From Rhodosorus marinus CCMP1338 (taxonomy: Eukaryota; Plantae; Rhodophyta): 248,000 nucleotides of DNA. Every line of letters begins with the position of its first letter. The first letter of the stretch is position 1. The position numbers and the translations under genes were made by a program. This document shows positions 113,101 to 127,350 of the stretch, piece after piece. The stretch lies in assembly GCA_029953675.1 (NCBI GenBank), contig JAMWBK010000001.1, positions 1,260,001 to 1,508,000 of the forward strand. The letters run 5' to 3'. The notes beneath the pieces are model-generated. The model was not told the origin of the DNA, ran no database searches, and saw only the letters and a list, made by a program, of their open reading frames with translations.

Positions 113101-116100
113101 GTGATGGCTTTAGGGTTGCGAAACCCATGGAATGTTCACTGGGGCGACGCGCTTGGAACAGCGTGGGTGTCCGATTTTGGGGAACTATCGCTTGAGGAAT
113201 TCAATCTGGTCCGGCCGCGGGCAAATTTTGAGTGGCCGTGCTTTGAGTCGGAGCTCGCTTTCAGTTTGGCATCTTCCCCGAATGTGCGGACATGCTCAGT
113301 GACGTCCCACCATCGTCCGGCGCCGTGTATCCGGGGACGAGAGCCGGTCCAGCGTTCAGCTACTCCCACCGGGAGGGTAGTGCAATTGCTGGTGTGGTTC
113401 CAGTGAACATTGAGGGATGGCCAGAAACTTTCAACCACGGCGTAGTTTTCTGCGACTACACTGGAAACTGGATACGGTACGTCAAAGTAGACAACCACGG
113501 CGTCTATGTCTGCGACTACATCGGAAATTGGATACGGTACGTCAAAGTAGACGAAATTGGTAACGTGGTGTCGGAGGCTCTCGATTTTGCTGCCGAGGGT
113601 CTCGGGCAGGTCAACACTAGAACGGGGGGTGACTAAAGTCTATATTACCCGGCATTCACTGCGAGCCGGCTAGGCATGATCTGTTATAGGGAGGATAAAT
113701 CACGGCCCGAGGTGGTTGGGATCGTACCGCCGAATGGGTCCGCGCTGTGGCGCGCTCTTCCGTGGTTGAGGTGGCGGTAAGCAAGAAGGTGACGGCGGAG
113801 TCGGCATTAGCGGCTACAACCGAAGTGGAGACTGTATCGGGGAAAGCTATTTCTGGGTTTGTGGAGCAGGACGAGACCAGGAACATTCTAACCTTCGTAC
113901 CTCGCGATCTACTGAAGGAGGGCACGATGTACACGGTGAAGGCTTCCGGGTTGATCGACCTGAGAGGTATCTCACTGGCTGGCGACGCTACGAGTATGTT
114001 CGTGACGGGCAGTGGCTTTGTGCGATGTATTTCCGACCTTCCCTTGACCGTGGATCCCACGCCGAGTCAGATTATGCTGAAAATGGCGGAGGATTCCGGG
114101 ACTCCCATCACGATCCGCGGGAAGCGGTTCAGGAAAGGTTTGAGCTTCGGCACTGTGGCGCTGATGGATGTACAAATCCTCAACGGACGTACATCAATTG
114201 AAGGTTAATACGGGATTGACGACATCTCCCGTAGGAGTAGCAACGGTTCTGTTATATTCACGATTGCTGTGGACGGGAGCTTTGTCTACGACCCAACGGT
114301 GGGTGGTCTCGGAATAACCAGCAGGAAGGTCAACCCCGAGTTTTACTTCAGGTTGGCTGTGGAACGTGGAAGTGCTGTCACTATGAGAGGGGACTTTGGA
114401 GACATTAGCCACAAGGAATCCATAGAAAATCGTGGAGTGTGGGCCGACGCTGCCTTCCGCCGTGGAACCTTGGATTCCAGCGCACCAAGGGTTGAATCGC
114501 TCGAGAGACGACAAAAAAACATCGATCGATCCTGTAATTTCATCAAGTTCGACGAGGTCATGAACTACAAAACGATCATTCAGGCGGTGAGCAACGAGTC
114601 CGAGGATGGTCGACGTTTCCCATTGCTTCCGGTGGAGAGTACCGACCCCCAAGCATTCCTGTTCGTTGTGGAGAACCTAGAGTTCGACGAGTCGTGCACT
114701 GTGAATATATCCACAGAGGCCACAGACGTCTCTGGAAACCGTTTGGATCAGGATTTCCAGTGGTCGTTGACGACAGAGTCACTACCAGCGAGCGGCGAGA
114801 TTCTCCAACTTCTGGTAGACCTGATACCCAGAGGTTCCAGTGGTGGTGCCTCGTTCAACGAATTTCCAAGGAAATTGTGGCCAGGAGTAAAAGTAGCAAA
114901 GAACGGTCTTGGAATGCGGGCAGATGCTATGGGCATCTACGAACTGAGTGGTCGAGACTATAGCCGCTTCAAGGGGCGCACGGGCATGGATGCGACGGCC
115001 GGGGGCGATTCCGGTAATTGTCGTCTCCAAATTTTCAGCGGTTCCAGTGCGGAAACGTCCACGAAGCACGTGGACAGGAAGTTTGGTGGAGCTAAGCGGT
115101 CCCAGGGGTTGCTATTTGGCATAGAAACGGGTGGGTATCTCGAAATACAGGTTTCTGGAAGTGGCGATGGCGGTAGGGAGCTCTTGGACATCGCTCAACC
115201 TAGGGTGGAGTGAAATGGTGTGGATGTATACTTGACAAATCTCACGCCGTTGGCTGAACAGGGACAGGTTGAGCGAAGTAGAAGTGCTGCGCAACTTCCA
115301 AAGCAGCTGATCTATACCTCAATGACCTTTGGAGGAGGGCATTCTGCTCCCCGCCGGATCGGAAATGACATACGAAATTCCTGGCAGGTGCTCGACGGTC
115401 AGCTTCACTGTAGGATCGGGCAACGGAACAGATTTTGGGGACACCCAGTTGCTGACACGGTGGACGGGGAGGCAGTTTGTACGGAGCAGAACTTTGTACA
115501 TCGCGACGGTGTGAGGTCTTTTTCGTGCAAAATCGAAGGAGGGGAGGAGCTCAAGCTGGAGGCTGTCAGAGGAGAGACTGGCGGTGCCATTGTCGTGTGG
115601 GCGGCGAACTGGAATGTGCAGTGGGAACTCGAAAACCGGTCTGTGAGATAATCTCGCTCCCCACCATCTTTCGAGTCGGCGACATGTCGAATACAGAGGA
115701 CAAGGCTACCGCTTCAACGGTGAATAGTTTCCTGCGAGTGCTCTTAGTTGGGAACTTACGCTTGTGCACTGTGAGCCGGATTGTCACAACAATCCGCAAG
115801 GCATTGTAGTTGGGAGGAAGAGAGGGACCTACGACGAGCCAAACCAGGGCGATTACTTTCCTTTCAAAATCGACTGCAAGTGAAAGATGGAAGTGAGGTT
115901 TCTAAGCATCGAATTGTGTGTATCCTGATACGGCATAGTGGAATCCATGTCGGTCACGGCATCGCCACCGTCAATGGCAAGAACGGCGAGACCCCGCTCT
116001 CGAAGACGGTAGTTGTGGGCGCCGTCTTCACCGCGGACCTCGATCCTGTAGCATTCGGAATCTGGTCACATGACAATACTCGCAAATCAACATTTGAGAA

Positions 116101-116314
116101 CGCTCTCGAGAATGAAACCCCCATCGTCTTCATCGCAAACTGTAGCTCCGGCAGGGAAGAGAAAGCGGGTTATACCTTCTATTCTTCGATTGGATGTAAT
116201 ATACGCCTATCTTGTAGCATTCGGGATCTGGTCACATGGTAATACTCTCAATTCAAACATTGAGTACTCTCTCGAGAATGAAACCCCCCAGGGTCTTCAT
116301 TTCAAACTATAACT
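113101..116314 (+). pseudogene. Disrupted GSDH/NPCBM paralog (5'-truncated, frameshifts, stops)
   Basis: Starts at MALGLRNPW; colinear fragments in several frames. Confidence 0.85.
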
Positions 116315-116420
116315 GAGGCGGCGAAGAGAAAGGGGGTCATACCTTCTATTTACTTCTACTCTGTGCTTGCGTGCTTGTAATATAGCCAAGTCAGTAGCTA
116401 AGAGTATTTATTAGTTGACT

Positions 116421-117535
116421 GGACTTTACTAGCATAGCCTGAAGCGCTACGCAAGGCGTGAAGATGAACTAATAACTAGGCAGGGAAGTATGCAACCCCA
116501 GGCGCCGATGGCGCGCCTCGGAAAGCATGTGGCTGGAATATCGCCAAAGGGAGACACTTAAACGCCTCAAGAGCGCCAAATATTCAGTAGGATGCTCAGC
116601 AAAACATTTCCGCAACCACTCTAAACCCGACTTATCAACGTGACCAAAGCTTTCCACAATGAATGGCTGGAACCGGTGAGAGCGACCCTCAGCGCAAGGC
116701 AGACTGGCCATGCTCTCAGCATACCGTCGTTCCTTAACTCTTCGAAGGGCTGAAGCCGCGGCCTCCCGGCGGCGGGCGGCTGCGGTGAGGTGGGCGCTGG
116801 CCACGGGGCAGGTAATCGCAAGGTCCACATATGTTGAGCGTCTGGCAGCAGCGTCGGAGACGAGGAGATCGGCTATACAACGGGGCGGTGCAGAGTCCGA
116901 GATTGATCTGGGCAGTTCCGACTCAACCTCAACCGTATGCCCTATCCGAGTCAAAAATTCGCTGAGGATGTACTTGAGGCGAGTGTGACGCCTCGTACGG
117001 AGACCTCGCAACAGTCCGCAGGAACCCAGGAAGTGGTAGCCACAAGCGTCAACCCGGCTCTCACATCCCTGACAGAAAGACGGCCGATTAGAGTGCCACG
117101 GAGCCTGTGGCAAACCGAGATAGATCCGTGCGGCAGAACGGAACTGGAAAGCATCGAGACGATGACTCAATGACGACGGTAGAGTGGTTAACCACAAGTG
117201 CGAGAGGTGGCCTCCCATGCCGCGGAGACGAGCGGCAGTGGTAGGCGGCGTGAGAGGAGAATTGAGCATGACTGTGTGAGCGGCACTGTGTTGGCCCCAG
117301 GTGAGGCTATGTTGAATCACATCAGTGCGGGAGCTCCACAATCGGCTCAAACCCGGGTAGTCTGCAACAGGTGACCCGGGGCTAGCCTCTCCGTCATCGG
117401 CAAGAACTCGGTCGAGGGGACAATCCTCAATCGCTTCAGCTCGTCCCCATAACAGCTCCCTCCAGGAACGAAAACGGGACCGATTTGCGTCCGGCACGGC
117501 GTTGCACCTCCTGAACGCGTGTTGAAGACCATCAT
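116421..117535 (-). mobile_element. Family A 5'-truncated young copy
   Basis: TSD ATTAGTTGACT. Confidence 0.9.
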
Positions 117536-120277
117536 TAGTTGACTAGATCAAAGCGGTGCTGAATACCCTCTACTAGTATCGTCCTTGGCGCCCTTCCTAA
117601 TCTTTAGCCCTAGTATTTTGTCCATTGACTGCTTGGGCTTGCGAAGAAACGAAATCGATGGTAACAACACGAAGCTTCTCATGAGCCCTCCAAAGCTCAG
117701 CAACAAGGATGACTATGTTGAGTGGAAGGAGCAAGTAGATTACGGTTGAGGTGGAATCGGAACTACCCAGATCGATCTCGGATAGGGCACCGCCCCGCTG
117801 TATCGCAGATCTCCTCGTCTCCGATGCTGCCGCCAGACGCTCAGCATATGTTGACCTCGCGATTACATGCTCTGTGGCAAGCGCCCATCTCACGGCTGCC
117901 GCCCGCCGCCGGGGAGCAGCTGCTTCGGCCCTTCGCCGCGTGAAGGAACGACGGTATGCTGAGAGTATGGCCAGCCTGCATCGCGCTGAGGGTCGCTCCC
118001 ACAGGTCCCAGCCTTTCATTGTGGAAGCTTTGGTCACGTGGAGAAGTCGGGTTTGGAGTGGTTGCGGAACCCAATGTTTCACTGGGCATCCTGTTCAATA
118101 CTTGGAACTTTTGCGGCGCTTAAGTGTCTCTGTGTGGCGATATTCGAGCAGCATGCTTGCCGAGGCACGCCATCGGCGCCTGGGTTTGCACGCTTCCCTG
118201 CCTACTTCTTAGTTCCTTTTCACGGTTTGCGTAGCGCTTTAGGCTATGCTAAGAAAGCCAGTAGATTACAGTCCGTCCCAACTAGCACATAAGGTGGTTT
118301 TCCCAGACGAAAAACACGAGTCACGGAGGCACAGGGTTATCGAACAAAACTCGTGTACCTGCCTGGCAGAGAGAGCCCTAGAGGCCGAGCCCGATCAAGT
118401 ATACAAAGAGGCCTGCGACGGCTCGCTCGGCGATCCAATGCTATGCGTAAAAAACAAACACAAAGATAGCTTTTCGACAGACTGTTTCTATGAAAAATCT
118501 TGTCTCGATCGTGAAGTCGTTTCCCAAAAGTAAATCAAACCGAGGGCGTGTAACAATAGCTGTTTGCAAACTCCCATATTTGGCCAATGCGACAACACTA
118601 AAATAAACCACTTGCAACATCCCCCAAATTTTTTTTCTGTAAAAATAACGCTGTCGAGAGTTTTTTTTTCTTTTTTTCCGGCAATACTGCTGCGTCCACC
118701 CGTCATTTTATTTTCTTTAAAAACAATTACTTTTCCTGCATTCCTGGGACAAATTTTTATTGCTAACGTAGTTCTTTTTGTCGGGCCAAGCTTAGCAAAC
118801 AATGTTCCAAGTTATATCTTTTGAGAAACAACTAATTCCTGAGAGTTTCTTTTTTTAAGATATGCGGACTAGTTTTGTCTTTGTAAACCTTTTAAATTCG
118901 CGTCCAAGATCATAGTTGTCTAAATAATTCTAAAGATTTGGAATATGTTCCGAACACTAATCCACCTGCGTGCTTATTCAGAAATTTTGTACAGGGTCTC
119001 CTTGTTAATGTGAAATTAGACCTACCTCCCAGGCCAGGTTACCATTGTTTTTTTTTGTTTAAATGGGTAAGACGCTGGTTATCATCATGTTGCTAATGCG
119101 GGTCACCTATAGGGTATCCTTGAGCTAGCCTGAGGAGACCCTAATCTTGCGTATCCCCGTTGATGATGTATCCCTAGCGCTACACTCGGTAGGTAAACTA
119201 GAGGACCACCGCTACTTCAATCTCGAACGGGTATGGTAAGCGTATGCAACACGTACCTGACTGCCGAGGGTTGATCAGCGGAGAATCCCCTGTACAGGGA
119301 GACCTGCAAGATTCTCACCTGATCGTTGCTCCCGATCCCTTACGCAGGAAGGGTCTGTGAATTTCGTAGGTTACATATCCCTAACGCTACACTCATTGAC
119401 GGAAACTATTTACTACCCGTTCCCCGCATCGGAACTTCACGTTTTTCTGCAGTCCCGTGCTTGTCAGGCAGTAAATCGAGACATCCCTCGTCCGTCACTC
119501 CACGCCCTGGTAGCTTCGATTCTGATCCTTTTATTCAGAGCCTACCCTGAGAAGCGAGAAACTTCGATTAGTGAGTGTTTTGGTTTGGTTGATCGGAAAG
119601 CCCCCAACTCCAGTGACGTATTCCCTCGAGTGCCACCATCGACTCTCCTCTCGAGGTGTATGACCTGAGTTTTCTTGTTATGTGCATGAACATCTCCCTG
119701 GATCCTGCAGCGCGCTTGGTCTATGCCTTCCACAGTATTCTCCGCTGTCCCAACAGTCTGCTAGTGAACATCAAGTCCAGACACCTCTCTGTTCCTTTTC
119801 AGTATCCTCGATACTCCCGGTCCAATAGACGCGTAACATCAGCCAAGAACAAAACCGATTCACTGATAATTTTTTTCTGGGCAGACGCAACAGAACCCAG
119901 TTCGCGACATGGATGAGCAAGGTCATTTTTAATACGAATATCCTGGCCAGGAGGTTCACGGGTCAATGTTCCGTAGGAATATTGGCAATGTGGAACAGGT
120001 CGTCATTTTCAGTTCGAACGCCGTGGCCAAGAAGTTCAGAACATCGGCCTCCACAAATGATCGCTGGAGACAATATCAATCGTGCTCGATATGCATTTAG
120101 ACAGCGTTTGAGAGTGTAGGGGATAGGGCTGGGAGGTGAAGGAGGAGGAGGGCCTTAATTTATTGGTTATCGGCAGTGTTAAGGGAGAGCTTTGCGTTCC
120201 CAAGAAGGTAGAAACTATGTCCACTTGAGTGTTCAAGGCATGAAGTGGGTCGACGAACGAAGCATCGAACGCGCAAG

Positions 120278-123200
120278 ATGGGACGGGAGGTGCTTGTGCT
120301 TTTCATAGTCGCCGTGGTGGCGATGCAGTATAGGGGGGTTGGAGGAGCGCTGACGCAGGTTGATTTTGAGGATGTTTCTGTCGCGGAGGATATTCCCGGT
120401 CTTCCTACGGACTTTGCGTTCATGCCTCCCGGTCAGACGGACCGGATTTTGGTCACCGATTTTAGAGGCATGGTTCAAGTTGTTGTGAAGGGGGCAGTTC
120501 AGAAGAAACTGTTTCTGGATGAGAGGGTGTCCCAGGAGGAGCGGGATAATTTCATAGGCTACGGGAATTTTGGGGATAGAGGTATTGCACCAGAGTATCG
120601 GGCTGTCGCGGTAGATTCTGACTTTGAAAATTTTCCGTTCGTGTACTTTGCGTACATCTACTATCCCGCAACTGTGGAAGGACCAGTACAAATTCCCATG
120701 CAAGGGTTTGTGAAGCGATATAGAGTGAGCCCTGACCTCTCAGAGGTCGATCGCAGCACGGGGAAAATCATTTTTGGAAACTACGTTAACGGAAACTGTT
120801 TGGAGGTTGACGTGAAGGAGGACAACTACTGCGTAACTCGTCCGCCACATAACATGTCCGGGTTGCTGTCAGACCCGAACGGCAGACTTTGGATAACCAC
120901 AGGGGACTCTGCGTTTGTGTACGACTCTGAACGACCCTTGGCAATGAGGTCTCAGGACCTTGACTCGCTATACGGAAAAGTGCTGCGGGTGAGTCGAAAT
121001 GGGTTAGGTCTGAGCTCTAACCCGTACTACAACGGGGACCGGCGGGCAAACCGTTCAAAGGTGATGGCTTTGGGGTTGCGAAACCCATGGAATATTCACT
121101 GGGACGACGCGCTTGGAACAGCGTGGGTGTCTGATGTTGGGGAAGCATCGCTCGAGGAATTCAATCTGGTCCGGCCGCGGGCGAACTTTGAGTGGCCGTG
121201 CTTTGAGTCGGAGCTCGATCGCTTTCAGTTTGGCATCTTCCCCGAATGTGCGGACATGCTCAATGACGTGCCACCATCGTCCGGCGCCGTGTATACAGGG
121301 ACGAGAGCCGGCCCGGCGTTCAGCTACTCGCACCGAGAGGGTACTGCGAATACTGGTGTGGCTCCAGTGAACATTGAGGGATGGCCAGAAACTTTCGACC
121401 ACGGCGTGTATTTTTGTGATTATAGCGGAAATTGGATACGGTACGTCAAAGTAGACGAAGCTGGTAACGTGGTGTCGGAGGCTCTCGATTTTGCCACCGA
121501 GGTTCTCGGGCCGGTCAACATTAGAACGGGAAGTGACGGATGTCTATATTACCTGGCACTCACTGCCAGCCAGCTAGGCAAGATCTGTTACAGGGAGGAC
121601 AATTCACGGCCCGAGGTGGTTGGGATCGTACCGCCGAATGGGTTCGTGGGGGTGGCGCGGTCTGCCGTGGTTGAGGTGGCGGTAAGCAAGAAGGTGACAG
121701 CGGAGACGTCATTAGCGGCTATAACTGTGGTGGAGAGTGTATCGGGGGAAACTGTTGCCGGGTTTGTGGAGCAGGATGAGACCAGGAACATTCTAACCTT
121801 CGTACCGAGCGATCTACTGAAGGGGGACACGATGTACACGGTGACGGTTTCCGGGTTGATCGACCAGAAAGGTATTTCAATGAAGGGTGAGGAGATAGGT
121901 ACGTTTGTGACGGGCAGTGGTTTTTTACGATATCTTTCCGATCTTCCCCTGACCGTGGATCCAAGGCCGAGGCGGGTTGTGCGTGACATGGCGGAGGATG
122001 GCTTGACTCGCATCACAATCCGCGGGAAAAGGTTCAGGAAAGGTTTGAGCTTTAGCCCTGTGGTGCTGATAGATGTACAAGTCCCCAATGGATGTACGTC
122101 GATCGAAGGTTACTACGGGATTGACGACATCTCCCGCAGGATCGCGAGCGGTGCTGTTATATTTACGATTGCTGTGGACGGCACCTTTGTCTACGATTCG
122201 ACGGTGGATGGTCTCGGAATACCTAGTAGAAAGATCGACCCCGAGTTTTACTTCAGGTTGGCGGTGGAGAGTGGCAGCACCGTGACTTTGAGGGGCGACT
122301 TTGGTGACCTCGATGACATAGAAGCGATCGAGAATCGTGGAGTGTGGGCTGACGTTGCCTTCCGCTGCGGGAACTTGGATTCCAGCGCCCCAAAGGTCCA
122401 GTCGTTCGATCCCGGCAACGGCGAAACCACATCGACCAATCCTGTGATTCGTATCAGGTTCGACGAAGTCATGAACTATAACACGATCATTCAGGCGGTG
122501 AGCATCGAGTCAGTGGATGGGCGTCGTATCCCGTGGCTTCCGGTGGAGAATACCAACCCCCAAGTTTTCCTCCTCGCCGTGGAGGACCTAGAGTTCGACG
122601 AGACGTACATCGTGAGTATATCCAAGGAGGCCGCGGACGTTTCTGGGAACAGAATGGAACAAGCCGTGCAGTGGTCGTTTACGACGGAGTCACCACCGGC
122701 GAGTGGCGAGAGGCTCCAACTCGTTGGAGATCTGATACCCACGCGCTTAAACGGCGGTGTCTCCTTCGACGGATTTCCTAGGGAATTGTCACCAGGCGTG
122801 GAAGTATACAAGAATGGACTTGGCATGCAGGCAAATGCCATGGTCAGCTACGACCTGAGTGGTCTAGGGTGCCGTCGCTTAAGAGGGCGGACGGGTAAAG
122901 ACGCGACTGCGGGGGGCGATTCTGGTGCTTGTCGGCTTCAGATTTTCAGCGGTGCGAGTGAGCGTACGTCCAGAATGCGTTTGGATCGGTACCCTCGCGC
123001 TGGCAAACCATCCCGGGGGTTAAATATTGGCGTGGAAGGGGATAGGTATCTGAAGATTAAGGTCTCCGCGGGAGGAGACGATGGACGTGCTAACGACCTT
123101 TGCGATATCGGACGAGCAAGAATGGAGTGCGATGGTGATGATATTTACCTGACACGTCTCACTCCGTTGTCTAAGCGCGGAGTGGTTGAACGGAACAGGA

Positions 123201-124078
123201 GCGCGGTCCGGCTACCATTGCAGCTGCTCAGCTCTTCAATGACCTTCGATGCTGGAGTCGTGATCCCTGCCGGGGCGGAAGTTGCATATGAAATTCCTGG
123301 TCGGTGCTCGACTGTAAGCTTCACTGTAGGAGCGGGTAACGGAGCAGTTTCTGGAGATACCAAGTTGGTGACAACGGTGGACGGGCAGACTGTTTGTACC
123401 GAGCAGAACTTTGTACACCGCGACGGAGCGAGGACGTTTTCGTGCAACGTTGAAGGAGGGGAGGAGCTCAAACTGGAGGCCATCAGAGGAGAGACTGGCG
123501 GCGCCATTGTCGTGGGGGAGGCCGAGCTGGACTGTGCAGTGGGAACTCGAAAACCGGTCTGTGAGATAATCTCGCTCCCCACCAGCTTTCGAGTCGGCGA
123601 CAAGGTCGAATATAGAGGACAAGGCTACCGCTTCAACGGTGAAGAGTTACCTGCGAGTGCTCTCAGCTGGGAACTAACGCTTGTGCACTGTGAGCCGGAG
123701 TGTCATGATCATCCGCAAGACATTGTAGAAGGCAGGAAGAGGGGAAGCTACCACGTCCCTGACCACGGGGACTACTTCTTCGTCAAGATCGACTGCATAG
123801 TGAATGATGGAGGTGAGGTTTCGAGGATGTCGAGGAGCGTTCTTCCAGATACGGCATTGATAACGGTGGAATCCAGGCCTATCGGAAAGCTCGCCACAGT
123901 CGATGGCACAAACGGCGAGACGCCGCTCTCAAAGACAGTGGTTGTGGGCGCGACATTCACCGTGGACGCCGACCCCGTAGCATTCAGAAGCTGGTCACAT
124001 GACAAAACTCTCGGAGCAACCTTTGAATACACTCTTGAAGACCAAAACCCCGTCGTATTTGACGCCAGGTACAACTGA
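120278..124078 (+). CDS. Secreted multidomain GSDH/NPCBM protein, copy 4
   Basis: Closest to copy 3 (HNMSG, PATVEGPVQIPMQG insert). Confidence 0.8.
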   Translation: MGREVLVLFIVAVVAMQYRGVGGALTQVDFEDVSVAEDIPGLPTDFAFMPPGQTDRILVTDFRGMVQVVVKGAVQKKLFLDERVSQEERDNFIGYGNFGDRGIAPEYRAVAVDSDFENFPFVYFAYIYYPATVEGPVQIPMQGFVKRYRVSPDLSEVDRSTGKIIFGNYVNGNCLEVDVKEDNYCVTRPPHNMSGLLSDPNGRLWITTGDSAFVYDSERPLAMRSQDLDSLYGKVLRVSRNGLGLSSNPYYNGDRRANRSKVMALGLRNPWNIHWDDALGTAWVSDVGEASLEEFNLVRPRANFEWPCFESELDRFQFGIFPECADMLNDVPPSSGAVYTGTRAGPAFSYSHREGTANTGVAPVNIEGWPETFDHGVYFCDYSGNWIRYVKVDEAGNVVSEALDFATEVLGPVNIRTGSDGCLYYLALTASQLGKICYREDNSRPEVVGIVPPNGFVGVARSAVVEVAVSKKVTAETSLAAITVVESVSGETVAGFVEQDETRNILTFVPSDLLKGDTMYTVTVSGLIDQKGISMKGEEIGTFVTGSGFLRYLSDLPLTVDPRPRRVVRDMAEDGLTRITIRGKRFRKGLSFSPVVLIDVQVPNGCTSIEGYYGIDDISRRIASGAVIFTIAVDGTFVYDSTVDGLGIPSRKIDPEFYFRLAVESGSTVTLRGDFGDLDDIEAIENRGVWADVAFRCGNLDSSAPKVQSFDPGNGETTSTNPVIRIRFDEVMNYNTIIQAVSIESVDGRRIPWLPVENTNPQVFLLAVEDLEFDETYIVSISKEAADVSGNRMEQAVQWSFTTESPPASGERLQLVGDLIPTRLNGGVSFDGFPRELSPGVEVYKNGLGMQANAMVSYDLSGLGCRRLRGRTGKDATAGGDSGACRLQIFSGASERTSRMRLDRYPRAGKPSRGLNIGVEGDRYLKIKVSAGGDDGRANDLCDIGRARMECDGDDIYLTRLTPLSKRGVVERNRSAVRLPLQLLSSSMTFDAGVVIPAGAEVAYEIPGRCSTVSFTVGAGNGAVSGDTKLVTTVDGQTVCTEQNFVHRDGARTFSCNVEGGEELKLEAIRGETGGAIVVGEAELDCAVGTRKPVCEIISLPTSFRVGDKVEYRGQGYRFNGEELPASALSWELTLVHCEPECHDHPQDIVEGRKRGSYHVPDHGDYFFVKIDCIVNDGGEVSRMSRSVLPDTALITVESRPIGKLATVDGTNGETPLSKTVVVGATFTVDADPVAFRSWSHDKTLGATFEYTLEDQNPVVFDARYN

Positions 124079-124339
124079 GGGAGAGCATGGAACCGGTGTC
124101 TCCCAACATTATTCTTCTGCTGCTTGATTGGTCGTAATAAAATTAAATCAGTATGTAAGCTTTATAATTGGATATAATAGACCTATATCATGATGTAAGC
124201 TTTTTATTGGCTAATTCGAATACGGCGCTGGATATCGCAAAATGCATACAGCGACTGTGAAACGGAATCAAGGGTACACAAGCCGCGCAAGAAATGTTGT
124301 TTTGCTGCAACGAGACAGGTTCTCATTTTCCTTGATGAA

Positions 124340-125640
124340 TCCCTAAGAATTCCGCGTTGCTGGGGTTGCTTTTGTTGGAACTGGAAGTTCTTTCATATTT
124401 GTTAAGGTGTCTTGGATTCCAAGCGCCTTCTCCCGAGGCCTTTTCCGGCTGCCTCGCCTTGGCCTTGCGCTCAAGATTCCTTCAGGCAATTGGATTGTGT
124501 AAGGCCAGTCCTCCACAGCTACTCCAGACTGATAAAGCATCATACTCATTAACTGTAAAATTAATGAGTTGGCTCTCTCAGCAATCCCATTTCTCTCTGG
124601 CGAGCAAAGTGCTCATGATCCCATTCTATTCCATAAGATTTGCTCTTAGATCTCAGACTTCATGTATTTCATGAAGTTTTCCTCTCTGCTCAAGTTTCCG
124701 GAATTCCGACTAGGACTTGTGCCTTTTTCTTCCGCGCTCACCCTTTCTCTTCCGTCCCTTTAGCCAGACCAGCTCATCACTTCGGATGGCACACTTTCAA
124801 CAAACATTCACATGTTCAGGACTCTACAAGTCCGTATCAGGCACTTGCTCTTCCGGTCATATCGGACCTCTGCCATGGCTTGGGGTTTTCGAATTCGGGG
124901 TTTCGCGCAGGACTTTTCCGACTCGTAGCAAACAATCCGGCTGCACGAGCCCTTGCAGAACTTCCATTGTGCAAGTGTCGCCATTGGAACGGTAACAAAA
125001 CTCTCACATTCTTGTCCAAGTACTTCGTCTTTGGTTCATGTTCTCTGCCTAGCACAGTCTTTGTCTTCTTCCTCCATGCGCCATTGCAGTCTTGCTTCGC
125101 CTGAGTTCGTAAGCTCTCTGCGCCCGGTTAGCTGTCATTATCATGCTCAATTGCTCTCCACGAAACCTCCACATCCCGTTCTTCGCTTCGGTACAAGGAG
125201 CTGGACGAGGTCCTCCTTTGCAACGGACTTCCCCAAACCATTAACCTTCTCTATAATCCAGTTCATCCTCATCTTCTTACTTCACGCGGCTCCCGGACGG
125301 TGAGCTGGGCTCATAACCTGTTGGGACTGGAAGTTCTTACAAAGCTATAGAGACCCATGGAGGCGAATCATAACCTTTGAGCAAGTTTGAGCCAGACCGT
125401 CTATATCCTTTTATCTCACTTACTTCACTCCTAGCTTCCCATCCTAATCGTGGGGAATCCACAACTTGTATAGGTATTAGCTCATTAGCGAACTCAAGGA
125501 AGGAAGATGTCAAAGCTTGGCTTCGCATTCAAGAAAACTTGTTTCTACAATCCCAATACATGCAATTCTCATTCTCGCACTGTCTGAGCTACACACAAAA
125601 TGTTAGCCATGACCCCAACTACAATACACAATCCCCCTGG
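124340..125640 (-). mobile_element. Degenerate copia 5' part with a half-tRNA-type PBS
   Basis: ..CCCAACA-GGTTATGAGCCCAG at 125305-125325, followed by decayed gag-like sequence. Confidence 0.5.
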
Positions 125641-127350
125641 TCCCAGGGGGGGAGGGTGGGGGAAGACTCGAAATCTTTCAGAATTTTAACGATTGGTGAT
125701 GGGCTTAGTCGGAGGCTGCAAAAACACCCCGAGGAGAAAGAAAAAGGCTACTGCAGGCGAAGATCACGCGCCTCCAACATCGAAGCAGCATTCATACGCT
125801 CCAACGGGAAACTCAAACGGGTTTACAACGAGTTAGTCCGCGGGAACTAACGGAATCCATAATCTCAAAACACTCAATTACAAAAGATACCAGACGATGC
125901 CCTAAATTGGAAGTGGCGGTGAGAAAATTCAGTCAGTATTCAGTGATTGACTTAGGATCAATCAATCAATGTTCCTTTTTCATCGAATTGATCCGCATTT
126001 TTGTCCGCCATTTTTGTTTTTCTTAATAGGATTGGAAGAATGACCACTTCCCACGGTGGAGGGCAAAACCAAAAATAAAGAAAATGCAGTTCTGTTTTAA
126101 GGTATATAGGCTAGTTTTGTCCTGGAAAATCCCTTCAGTTCGATCCTAAGGGACGATTTCTACAATGATTGGGCCCAAATGTAGGTCCTAAGTTTAGACT
126201 GGCTGTCGGATTTTTCTCAACCAGTTTTTGGAAAATTTTCCTCTGGTCAAGGCTCATGTTTGTTTTTTGTTTTCTGGTTCCGATGTAACTAAATGTTTAC
126301 TTGTTCGGAGACTTCCCAACAAACGGTATTTCAATCCGAAACGGCATGCGGTGCATGGCGCCTCCGACGCGTCTCTCTCTTGAGGAGTTTGATCAGCTTG
126401 CGGAAACCCTACACAGGATCTACAGTGTGTGCGCGAAGGAGACTCTATTCCCCTACCCGGAAAAATGCTTGGGAAGGTCCGCCCTCCTTCCGGTTCCTAT
126501 TATGCCGCATCCAGGCAGCTCCACGAAACGCAAAAGCAAACAAAAAAAAGAAGAATTTGGTACGTCTGATTCTCTACGCCAACTGGACGACGACATTTGC
126601 TAACTGCTGCGATGCAAAATCAACTTTTCCAAACATCGCCGAATCAGAAAATTCAAAAGAAACGTGCTTGCCAAAGAACATGTCGAGACATTCCAATGTT
126701 ACTTCAGATATACCCACCCTGAGGTCTGGCCCGGGTTTTTAGGTGCGGGGCAGGAGAAGGGACGTTTTTTGGTCTGATTAAACTGGCCAAGGAGGTTCTT
126801 CAGCCAATGTTCTCAACGGAACATCGGCCTCAAGATGTGAGCTTTGGAGAAACTCCACGGGTTTTTGTGTTTTTCTGAAGTAAAACTCTGGCCAAACTGT
126901 CACCCAATGTCCCCTTCCCCTAATGTCATTCATACTCCCGATGAGTATCTCCACGCGAGAAAAGATTTTCATCATGAAAACACCATTTATGACTTTTTTT
127001 CCCGGGCCAAAACCCTAGCCACTGTCAATGGCGTTAAATGGAAACGTCGTTTTTCGGAAGGAAATTCTGGTCAGGAGGACCAGGAATCCCAACTGGATTT
127101 CAAAGAGTATAATCACGGAGTTCAGAGTGTTTCTAAGGAATATTTGAGAGGAAAGAAGGAAGGAGACTGGTTGCGGGTGGGAAGGGAGGGCGAGGGGGAG
127201 GGGAGAGAGGGGAAGGATGTGATCAGGATCCAATTCCTCTGATTTGAGGAGGATTCAATGGTTTTGGGAGTTTTTAAGCGCTTGGCGATATAATGTTTGG
127301 GAGTGGTGAGAGCTGTGAGAGTTTGTGGTTGCGGATTTTGTGAACTGAAT